Of a stretch of 64,000 nucleotides of DNA, positions 44,949 through 54,344 are shown piece after piece. The DNA is from an uncultured Rivularia sp. (GTDB lineage: Bacteria; Cyanobacteriota; Cyanobacteriia; Cyanobacteriales; Nostocaceae). Under the pieces are notes generated by a model that saw nothing but the letters and a program-made list of their open reading frames with translations, had not been told where the DNA came from and ran no database searches. Each line of letters opens with the position of its first letter. Position 1 is the first letter of the stretch. The position numbers were made by a program, and so were the translations under genes. The stretch spans positions 3,904,001-3,968,000 of the forward strand of contig OY762007.1 of NCBI GenBank assembly GCA_963665115.1. The letters are read 5' to 3'.

Positions 44949-45617
44949 CTATTCCACTAAATTATGTTCCATTGCAAAACGTACTAATTCTGCTCGGTTA
45001 CTGGTGCTGGTTTTTCTTAGTAAGCTACTGACATATTTTTCTACAGTTCGCGGACTCAAATAAAGGCGATCGCCAATTTCAGCATTGGAAAGTCCATGAG
45101 TCAAAATTTCTAAAACTTCTTGTTCTCTAGTTGTTAGAGATTCATATAATTTATTTTTTCGATCGTCGTTCCAATCTGTTTGACTAATAGAATCCGCATT
45201 CTTGAGATTTTCTTGTAAAGATAATTTATATTCAGTTTGAATAATTTGACTTCGTTCTAAAAGATTGTTGATAGCGGCTGCTAATTCTTCAAGCTCAAAA
45301 GGCTTAGGTAAATACAAATCGCACCCAGATTGATAACCTAAAATTCTTTCTTGTGTTTGGGTTCTTGCGGTTAACAGAATCACGGGTAACAAGCGAAAAT
45401 GCAATTGTTGACGCACCTGACGCACTAGTTCGTACCCATTCATTTGCGGCATAATAATATCGGTAACAATTAAATCTGGATGGTGCTTGTTCACCATAAC
45501 CAAACCTTGTTGACCATCGTTAGCTGCGATTACTTCATAGCCAGATAATTCTAAATAATCGCCGATTGACAGACGAGTACCTAAATCATCATCCACTACT
45601 AGGATTTTGGAGGGCAT
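44949..45617 (-). CDS. NarL/LuxR-family response regulator
   Basis: REC plus LTTREQEVL...GLSNAEIG..LYLSPRTVEKYVS HTH; start placed at MPSKILVV. Confidence 0.92.
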   Translation of the reverse strand: MPSKILVVDDDLGTRLSIGDYLELSGYEVIAANDGQQGLVMVNKHHPDLIVTDIIMPQMNGYELVRQVRQQLHFRLLPVILLTARTQTQERILGYQSGCDLYLPKPFELEELAAAINNLLERSQIIQTEYKLSLQENLKNADSISQTDWNDDRKNKLYESLTTREQEVLEILTHGLSNAEIGDRLYLSPRTVEKYVSSLLRKTSTSNRAELVRFAMEHNLVE

Positions 45618-46248
45618 AGACCTTACACCCCTTAAACTTTTTAACTTTAGTTCTTGGCTTGACTGAGTACTATCGATATAAATTACCTCCCATCCAGTAC
45701 TCCTATATTTCATACTATGACAGCACTACCCAAAGGTCACTTTCCTCAAGACTGAATTTACAAAAAAAATCTTAAATCATCAGTATGATTTTTTTGTTAA
45801 TGAATATTATTATTGTATAATATTGTCGAATAAAAAATACACGAAAAGGTAAACGTAGCAAGAGCTATATTCATTTTTTACAGTACAGGTCTGTAGTTCT
45901 AACTTTAGTTAAATATGTCAGGACTTTAAGATATATTTTATTCTTATTTTTCATATAAGCATAATTTTTCCGGCAATAAAAGTGCAAAAATTAACGTTAA
46001 CGATAAGATATGCATTTTATTAAGTATTTATGCTCAGTTTGATACCGCACATAAGCTGTAGCAGTCTCTACAAGTATCTAAGATTTAAGTATGAGTCTCA
46101 TTTGATGTAGTTATCTTTAGAATTACATATAAGATTATTAAGTATAGTTTAGGATATATTTTTTTTAATTTTGTAATTTGTTTATAGGCAATAAAACCGG
46201 CTAAATCAAGAAATAATTTAATTTGTTAGTTGAAAGAATTGTTGGAAT

Positions 46249-47586
46249 TTAATCTTTCTCAGGATGCAGGTAATCCTGGAAATAAAATTGAGGAATGAGC
46301 CAGAATTTAAGCCAAGAAAAAGCTGCTAAACTTAATAATCCCGTCAGCATCAAAGGTAAACCAATTTTGATTCTAAATGCATCGGGAAGAGTTGCAACAA
46401 CTGAAATACTGATGGCAAAATACGCCACGAAAAATATTTGCAAGCGCTGGAAATTTTTCAAAGCTTTTCGACAGCTACTGCAATTTTGAGTGTGTTGGGT
46501 ATAACGGTCGAGTAGTTCTTGACGGTTATCATTTATTGTTAATGTATAATTTTGTGGAACTTCGATTCCAACTTTATCCCAAGGTAGTTTCCCTTGCGAA
46601 TATTTATCAAACCAGTTACGGAATTCAATGATTAAACGATCTGCCTTAGTTGGTAGTTGGTAAGCTGTTTTCCAAGTTTCTTGCGATTGTCTTTCTTGGA
46701 GAAAATGTTCTTGCTGATGCAGAAGGATCATATCACCATCGAGGACTTGATTGCGGATTTTGATATGACTCCACCACCGGGGTATGAAGTTATTCAGATT
46801 TGTAGCGAAGTTACGGCTAAATTGAGCGACAATTCTTGATTTACCTGGGTAAGTTGGTATGCAGTAGGTAATAAGTCCGAGTTGCTTGCCTTCTTTACCC
46901 ACACGGATTGTATACTCCAAACGGCAAGGTGGTTCAAAAGTAATGGTAGTGTTAAACCTTCCTTCTGAATTCGCTTCGATTAAATTAGCTGTTGATTTAA
47001 TAATTTTTAGAGCTAAGGGTGAAGCTTGTTCGCGATTACCTTGTACTCCATGATGAGTAAAAGGAACATGACTGGGATCTGCAACATTTTCTACAAGAGT
47101 TTGCCAATCATATTCTAAATCGCGGACGTAAGAAGACCAAACAAAACCTTTACTCGCATCGACTTGAGGTGAAAGAGGTAGTGGGGTATCGGTAGCTAGT
47201 TGTGGTGAATTCGCATCGAGCCAAACCCACAATAAATCATTCTCTTGCCGTACTGGTAACGTAACAGCACAAAGATTTTTTTGATTTTTGCTAAGTAGTT
47301 GTGGATTCTCAGCTTGGGGAATGCGGGTACAAATTCCTTCTGCATCAAATTCCCAACCGTGATAGCTGCACATCAAATTACCCGTTTTTTCATCAACCCT
47401 TCCCTCGCTCAAAGGTGCGAGACGATGGGGACATTTATCTAAAAACACTCGGTAATCGGATGATTTTGGCTTCCAGATAACTAAGCGAATCCCTAAAACC
47501 GTTACTGGAGTAGGTTTTTGGGGGTCGATATCTTCGACGGGAGAAACCGGATACCAATGCTGAAAGAAGTTGAATTCAGATTGCAT
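46249..47586 (-). CDS. Rieske [2Fe-2S] oxygenase, pheophorbide a oxygenase (PaO)/Tic55-like
   Basis: CPHRLAPLSEG...CSYHGW, ENVADPSHVPFTH, HT..CSSC, two C-terminal TM. Confidence 0.9.
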   Translation of the reverse strand: MQSEFNFFQHWYPVSPVEDIDPQKPTPVTVLGIRLVIWKPKSSDYRVFLDKCPHRLAPLSEGRVDEKTGNLMCSYHGWEFDAEGICTRIPQAENPQLLSKNQKNLCAVTLPVRQENDLLWVWLDANSPQLATDTPLPLSPQVDASKGFVWSSYVRDLEYDWQTLVENVADPSHVPFTHHGVQGNREQASPLALKIIKSTANLIEANSEGRFNTTITFEPPCRLEYTIRVGKEGKQLGLITYCIPTYPGKSRIVAQFSRNFATNLNNFIPRWWSHIKIRNQVLDGDMILLHQQEHFLQERQSQETWKTAYQLPTKADRLIIEFRNWFDKYSQGKLPWDKVGIEVPQNYTLTINDNRQELLDRYTQHTQNCSSCRKALKNFQRLQIFFVAYFAISISVVATLPDAFRIKIGLPLMLTGLLSLAAFSWLKFWLIPQFYFQDYLHPEKD

Positions 47587-47775
47587 TTTAGAAAAAGCCA
47601 GCGGTACAATAGATATCTACACAAAAAAACACATTATCCCAAAGTTAATCCAGACAACGTTAAAGTTCGTATTTCTTCACTTAATAAGCCTGTGTGAGCA
47701 TTTGTCTGAGGGCTTTTTATCGTAACCTGATATTTATATCGCCCCTTTTAAAGAAGTTTATAAAGGCTACGATTT

Positions 47776-48351
47776 ATGGCTTATTCCTGGTTTAAAGCAT
47801 TTCACATTGTCGGTATTGTAGTTTGGTTTGCTGGGTTGTTTTACCTAGTACGTTTGTTTATCTATCATGTAGAAGCCGAGCAAGAAACCGAACCCGCACG
47901 CACGATATTGAAAAATCAATATCAAATTATGGAGAAACGTCTCTACAGCATTATTACCACGCCAGGAATGTTGGTAACGGTAGCGATGGCGATTGGTTTG
48001 CTTTGGACGGAACCAGAAGTTCTCAAACAACCTTGGTTACACGTTAAACTGGCTTTCGTGGTGTTATTGATTGGCTATCATCATTACTGCAAGCGTTTAA
48101 TGAAGCAGTTAGCAGCAGGTGAATGCAAATGGGGTAGTCAGCAATTACGCGCTTTGAATGAAGCACCTACGGTAATGTTGGTAGTAATTGTATTATTGGC
48201 AGTATTCAAAAATAATCTTCCTACCGATATTACAGCTTGGGGTATTTTTGGGTTGGTAATTGCGATGGCTGCAACAATTCAGCTTTACGCTAAAAAACGT
48301 CGTCAAGATAAAGAGAAGTTGTCAGCAGAAATTTCTCAAGTTACCCAGTAG
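47776..48351 (+). CDS. hemJ: Protoporphyrinogen IX oxidase HemJ
   Basis: WFKAFHIVG.V.WFAGLFYLVRLFIYH, MEKRLY, WLHVKL, NEAPT. Confidence 0.95.
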   Translation: MAYSWFKAFHIVGIVVWFAGLFYLVRLFIYHVEAEQETEPARTILKNQYQIMEKRLYSIITTPGMLVTVAMAIGLLWTEPEVLKQPWLHVKLAFVVLLIGYHHYCKRLMKQLAAGECKWGSQQLRALNEAPTVMLVVIVLLAVFKNNLPTDITAWGIFGLVIAMAATIQLYAKKRRQDKEKLSAEISQVTQ

Positions 48352-48416
48352 CAAGGTTCAAGAATCAAAAAGTGTGAAGTTCTGTTTCTTTCAAATTTTG
48401 AATTATTTATTATTAG

Positions 48417-48464
48417 CAATCAGTAATTGACCTCAACTGGCTTTTATTACTGATTGTTTTTTTT
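48417..48464 (+). terminator. Putative intrinsic terminator after hemJ
   Basis: CAATCAGTAAT...ATTACTGATTG followed by T8. Confidence 0.55.
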
Positions 48465-48537
48465 AAGTAATTTTCCTAGTCCAACCTTGTATTATAAAAG
48501 TCTTCCCTTGAATCCAATACTACAGCAAAGTTCTAAT

Positions 48538-48707
48538 GAGCATCCCAATTTTGAATAAATACTTTATCCGACACCCTAGAAGGGTGCGGCTACAAAAACA
48601 AAGCCCACCTGCGTGGGCTTGGAAACTCTCATAGCCCACGCAGGTAGGCTTTGTAGTATTAGCCCCAGGCTTATAGCCTGCGGGCTTTTTGCAAAATTGG
48701 GATGCTC
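48538..48707. mobile_element. MITE with perfect 16-bp terminal inverted repeats
   Basis: GAGCATCCCAATTTTG ... CAAAATTGGGATGCTC; internal AGCCCACCTGCGTGGGCT / AGCCCACGCAGGTAGGCT palindromes. Confidence 0.75.
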
Positions 48708-48781
48708 CCAAGTTCTATTTGTCTTGACTGCGACAAATTTATAAATATTATTTCTTTAACTCCTAATTTTTAATCCCCATC

Positions 48782-51700
48782 ATGAATGCAACTTCCAGCC
48801 ACAGCCGCAAGCTTGCTCCCATTTTGGTTTTTTTTATCACCTTTTTATTAATTCTCTTTTTATCCCTACCTTGGGTTAGTGCTGAGGAAAAAACTAAGCC
48901 AAAGCCGCAACAGTGGCAGATTAACGGCATTGTCGCTGCTTTAGATGACGGCTATGACGAAGTTAAGGGATATGCTTTGGATAAATTAAAGAAATATGAC
49001 AGCAAAGAGATAAATAAACCCGAAAAGAACAAGATTATTGAGAAAATTGCCAATATCCTCAAGGATGAAAAGGTGAATTCTTACGTTCGTTCTTATGCAG
49101 CATATACCTTGGGTAATTTTGGAGAACCGGCAGCCAAATACATCCCCGATATCCTCAACTTCCTCAAAGATGAAAAGCTGAATTCTAACTTTCGTTCTTT
49201 TGCAGCACAGGCGTTGGGTAAATTTGGAGAAACCGGCAGCCAAATACATCCCCGATATCGTCAATATCCTCAAGGATGAAAAGGTGGATTCTAACGTTCG
49301 TTCTCGTGCAGCACAGGCGTTGGGTAATTTTGGAGAAGCCGCAGCCAAATACATCCCCGATATCGTCACAATCCTCAAGGATGAAAAGGTGGATTCTATC
49401 GTTCGTTATGGTGCAGCAGAGGCGTTGGCTAAATTTGGAGAAGCGGCAGCCAAATACATCCCCGATATCCTCAATATCCTCAAGGATGAAAAGGTGGATT
49501 CTATCGTTCGTTATGGTGCAGCAGAGGCGTTGGCTAAATTTGGAGAAGCGGCAGCCAAATACATCCCCGATATCCTCAACTTCCTTAAAGATGAAAAGCT
49601 GAATTATAACGTTCGTTATGGTGCAGCAGAGGCGTTGGCTAAATTTGGAGAAGCGGCAGCCAAATACATCCCCGATATCCTCAACTTCCTTAAAGATGAA
49701 AAGCTGAATTATAACGTTCGTTATGGTGCAGCAGAGGCGTTGGGTAATTTTGGAGAAGCGGCAGCCAAATACATCCCCGATATCCTCAACTTCCTTAAGG
49801 ATGAAAAGGTGGATGCCAGGGTTCGTTATGGTGCAGCAGAGGCGTTGGGTAATTTTGGACAACCGGCAGCCAAATACATCCCCGATATCCTCAACTTCCT
49901 CAAGGATGAAAAGGTGGATGCCAGGGTTCGTTATGGTGCAGCAGAGGCGTTGGGTAATTTTGGACAACCGGCAGCCAAATACATCCCCGATATCCTCAAC
50001 TTCCTCAAGGATGAAAAGGTGGATGCCAGGGTTCGTTATGGTGCAGCAGAGGCGTTGGGTAATTTTGGACAACCGGCAGCCAAATACATCCCCGATATCC
50101 TCAACTTCCTCAAGGATGAAAAGGTGGATGCCAGGGTTCGTTATGGTGCAGCACAGGCGTTGGCTAATTTTGGAGAAGCGGCAGCCAAATACATCCCCGA
50201 TATCCTCAACATCCTCAAGGATGAAAAGGTGGATTCTAACCTTCGTGGAGATGCAGCAGAGGCGTTGGGTAATTTTGGAGAAGCGGCAGCCAAATACATC
50301 CCCGATATCCTCAATTTCCTCAAGGATGAAAAGGTGGATTCTAGCGTTCGTAGAGATGCAGCACAGGCGTTGGGTAATTTTGGAGAAGCGGCAGCCAAAT
50401 ACATCCCCGATATCCTCAATATCCTCAAGGATGAAAAGGTGGATTCTAGCGTTCGTAGAGATGCAGCATACGCGTTGGGTGATTTTGGACAACAACTAAA
50501 GTTAGAACAAGTTGTTGTTATCCTGAATAATCTTTACGATCTGAGTCATTCTGAGTTTAAAAAATGGCGCTTCCTTACTTATTTCACAGGTGGGGGTACT
50601 GAGGATGTCAAAATCCTACTGACATGGTTGGGTTATCCTCTTCCTCGAACAATTCCCCAGCAATTAAACTACGATGAAGCCAAGAAAACACTCGAAGTAT
50701 TCTTGAAAGTATGGCAACCCACTGAGGAATTAAGAAGAGTAAGAAACGATTTGGCACAGAAAATAGCAACAGTTGCCAACAACAAAGGTGTGACTTGGAA
50801 ACTCGAAGATATTACTTTACTGCAAAAGCACTACGATAATTTAAAAAAAATCGGGAATAACCAAGCTTATACCTTACGGGATGTAATTAATAATCTGGAA
50901 TTTTGGAAGTGGTTTTTCCTTGCCAGTCAAATTCTTCTCGTTCACTTTGCCATTTGGCTCAGCATCATCCTGCTTTATCCCAAATTTACCCAAATTCTCG
51001 CACCTTTATTCTGGAATCCCTGGCGAAGAAAAATTCTTGGCTTTGGTTACATCGGCATACTGTTAACTTGTGTTCCTTGGTTGCGTCGTAGATTATTACA
51101 ACCATTTCAACCTTTGCTACTGGCAGATGCGGGATTGAATAATTTCGTTGAGCAAAGTTATTTTGCGGAGTCTTTTGTTAAAGTTCCGTTGGCAATTAGT
51201 CAAAAGATTCAAGCCAGGTTTATAAATAGTCATTGGGAGGGTAACGTAGTGGAGCGTGGTAATCCCAAGATGTTGCGATTGCCACGTTATGCTGTCGCTC
51301 CACTCGCAATGACAAATAGATTTTTTGGTAATCCCAGGATGTTGCGATTGCTGCGCTACGCTGTCGCTCCACTCGCAATGACAAATAGATTTTTACGAAG
51401 GCGATCGCGAGTCGAGCAAAATACAAATTCCCCAAACAACATCACCTCAGAAATTCAACCAATTACCCAAGCAATACCAACTCTCCAAGGGCAAATTGTT
51501 TTAGAGGGGGAATCTGGTTTAGGTAAATCAATGTTTCTCCGTCATTTGGCGAATAATTCCCAGAGCATCTTTGTTTATCTCCCGGCTCAAAAGTGCGACA
51601 AAGGGGTTATTGAAGCAATTTGTGCCAAGCTACAGGGACAAATAGAAGATGCCAAATTCCTCAAAAGCCTAATTTACAGTGGAGCCTTAGATATATGCAT

Positions 51701-54344
51701 CGACGGACTCAACGAGGTTACAGCGGATACGCGAGCAAAAATTTCTCAGTTTGCCGAAAGCTATTTGCAGGGCAATATGATTATGACAACTCAGCCCCTG
51801 GAGTGGATACCGCCTTCTACAGCAAAGAAATATGAATTGCAGCCGTTAGAGCGCGAGCAAATTCAGCAGTTTTTGCGTTCTCGTCAGCAGTTTTCTAAGA
51901 TTTCAGGGGATGAAAACCTCTCTCCAAACCTCTCTCCAAACCTCTCTCCTACAAGGAGAGAGGCTTTAAATTCTCCCCCTTCCCTCATAGGGAAGGGGGC
52001 TGGGGGGTTAGGTTCCACCTCTGAATACCAACAAGCCTGCTCCCGCTACCTCACCGAAGCTTTCAACGAGCAACAATCTCCAGAAGATTTAGCCGCAACT
52101 AAGCGCATTCTTTCCAACCCGATGGATTTAACTTTGGTGGCGCTGATGCTATTACAAGGGCAGCAACCAAATTTATTTCGTCTCCAAGAACAGCAATATC
52201 AGCTAATGGCGGCAGAATACCAAAGAGAATGGCAACGAGAATTTCCTTTAAAAAGATTTTCAACCGCAGTTTACCAAATGCGGTTGAATGACGAAACCAC
52301 CATACCCAACGAGGAATTCCAAGCAGAATTAACCAGCTTAGAAGATGAAAAATATAAGATAGTCATCAGCCGTCAGTGGGAGAGCGATCGAGGAGAAGTC
52401 CAGAAAATTTGGTATTTCCGCCACGATAAAATTATGGAATTCTTCCTGGTGCAAAACTTTCGCGGTAAAGGGGAAGCTGTACAAGAAAGAATTATTCAAC
52501 ACATTAATGACCCCAGGTTTCGCGGTGTATATTTATTATTAGCTAATTTACTTGCTTTAGATGATGCTTTAGTATTGCGAGAAAGAATCATCGAATATGC
52601 TTCTGAGTGCAAAGATCATACTTTAAGCGATAAATTTATCCAGTTATTACAGTTACGTTTACCGCAAAAGTGGACGCAAGGTGTAAACATCAAATCGGTA
52701 TTACAACAGCACGAACAAAAAACTAAATATTTAGATTTAGTCGCAAAATTTATAGATCAAGTTGATGCAAAAATAAAACGCGAGCAAGAAGGACATATTA
52801 CAATTGAATATATTCTCGGCAGTTTGAGTGATTACGCGCCGTTTCCCGTGTTAATAACTGTTGATACGCCAACGGATAAAGATATCATTGAACTGGTAAG
52901 ACTTTCTCAACAGTTAACAACAGCACTTCCTCAAAAAGCTGGTTTGTTAATCTATAAAATTCCCCCAGATACCACAGCCAGAATGGAAATTGCGAAGGTA
53001 CGCTTGAGAGACAATTTCTTATTAATTCCCATTCCCATCACATCAGTAGAAACAGCCTTGGCTGATAAACATGAATGTATTGGATTACTGGAAGATTATA
53101 TTGATAGATATCTCCAACATGCCGATTTCTTTGATGATAGAAACGCCATCAGCGACACCTTATCATTTTTTGGTCGTACAGAAATATTGCAACGTTTAGC
53201 AGAAGAATTACTCCGACATCAAGGAGTAGGACTATTTGGATTGCGTAAGTCAGGTAAAACCTCAGTGCTGCTGCAATTGGGCTTTATGTTGCGCGAACAT
53301 CCAATTATCCATATTGATTTACAAACCTATAGCGGTTCTCGTTATGGTGCAGCTTTATTTAATAAAATTCTCCATAGTCTAGCTACTTTAGAAAGTGAAA
53401 TTCCACTCCCTCAATTTGTCCCGTTTCCTTTAGATAAACCAGCCACAGAATTAACTGCGGAATTTATACAACGAGTCAATGAATTTGCCCGCATAATTCA
53501 AAAAAGTCATCAAAAGAAATTACCCATTCTGTGCTTTCTAGATGAAGTAGAAAGAATTATTCCCACAGCAGAAGACAACCGCGAAAAAGCGGAAGAATTT
53601 AATGCTTGTTTTGGAGCGTTGCGGGTATTATCTCAACAACAAAAGGAAATATCACTGCTTGTTGCTGACGTACATCCCGACTGCAACCGAATTAATTCCT
53701 GGACACAAACAGGAGTTGCCACAAATCCCGTATTTAGCTTCTTTAAAGAAATCTTTTTACCACCTTTCTCAGAACAAGAAACCCAAGAAATGCTGGTAAA
53801 TATTGGTAAATTAATGGGCTTAGACTTTGACAGAGCCACACCTCAAAAAATTCACGATCTAAGCGGCGGACATCCCTTTGTTTCTCGCCAAATTGCCCGC
53901 TTTCTCACAGATAAAATCAAAGATAAAGATAATCATCCAAAACTTGCTCAAAATGGCAACACCTTAATTGAATGGGCAATGGTAGAAAAATATTTAACAA
54001 AAACCTTAACTCAAAAAGGCGAACTCAAAAATTACTTAGAAAAAAGCATTTGGGAAGATTTAGAAAAACGTAATTTCCAAGTTGCTATTTCTGTTCTTCG
54101 CATCATTGCTTGTAACGAAACATTCCACCACAGAATCACCCAACCAGCTTTAATTAACCAGCTAAAAAGCCGTTTTACAGCCAACCAGTGCTTAGATGCT
54201 TGTAATTGGCTGATAAATGTTGGATTGTTGTATCAAGAGGAAATCGAACATGAGGATTTATACTATATCCGAGTTCCTCTTTTATCACAGTGGATTCAAA
54301 TGCAGATGACAGATGAGGAAATTGAGCAATGCCGGATTTTGTAG
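48782..54344 (+). CDS. Signal peptide - HEAT repeats - TM - NACHT NTPase - AAA/STAND ATPase protein (about 1853 aa after correcting a +1 frameshift at 49230-49232)
   Basis: VSA-EE signal; 14 HEAT-like repeats; GESGLGKS / ICIDGLNE; FFGR, GLRKSGKTS / FLDEVE, GGHPF; GGAGAAACCGG vs GGAGAACCGG in the neighbouring repeat shows the extra A. Confidence 0.85.
49050..50490 (+). repeat. Coding tandem repeat, 105 nt / 35 aa, about 14 units
   Basis: GCCAAATACATCCCCGATATC recurs at 49133, 49239, 49344 ... 50394 (period 105). Confidence 0.95.
51229..51395. mobile_element. REP/SDR-like palindromic element with a 69-bp tandem duplication, in-frame within the CDS
   Basis: GTCATTG...CTCGCAATGAC ends; 51258-51326 repeated at 51327-51395. 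Confidence 0.65.
51914..52014. mobile_element. Cyanobacterial small dispersed repeat, in-frame within the CDS
   Basis: (AAACCTCTCTCC)x3, CCTCTCTCCT-ACA-AGGAGAGAGG and CCCCCTTCCCT-CAT-AGGGAAGGGGG hairpins, ending GGGTTAGGT. Confidence 0.7.

Noticed and set aside
49050..50490. CRISPR array or TALE-like DNA-binding repeats
   Set aside because: Units are 105 nt, contiguous and in-frame, with no unique spacers and no cas genes; the sequence has HEAT-like VR..AA.ALG motifs, not TALE motifs
48782..50490. Diversity-generating retroelement behind the repeat variation
   Set aside because: No reverse transcriptase or separate template repeat in the window, and the variation is not adenine-specific
48986..50499. 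Long alternative-frame and antisense ORFs (436 aa, 258 aa etc.)
   Set aside because: Shadows of the stop-free tandem repeat
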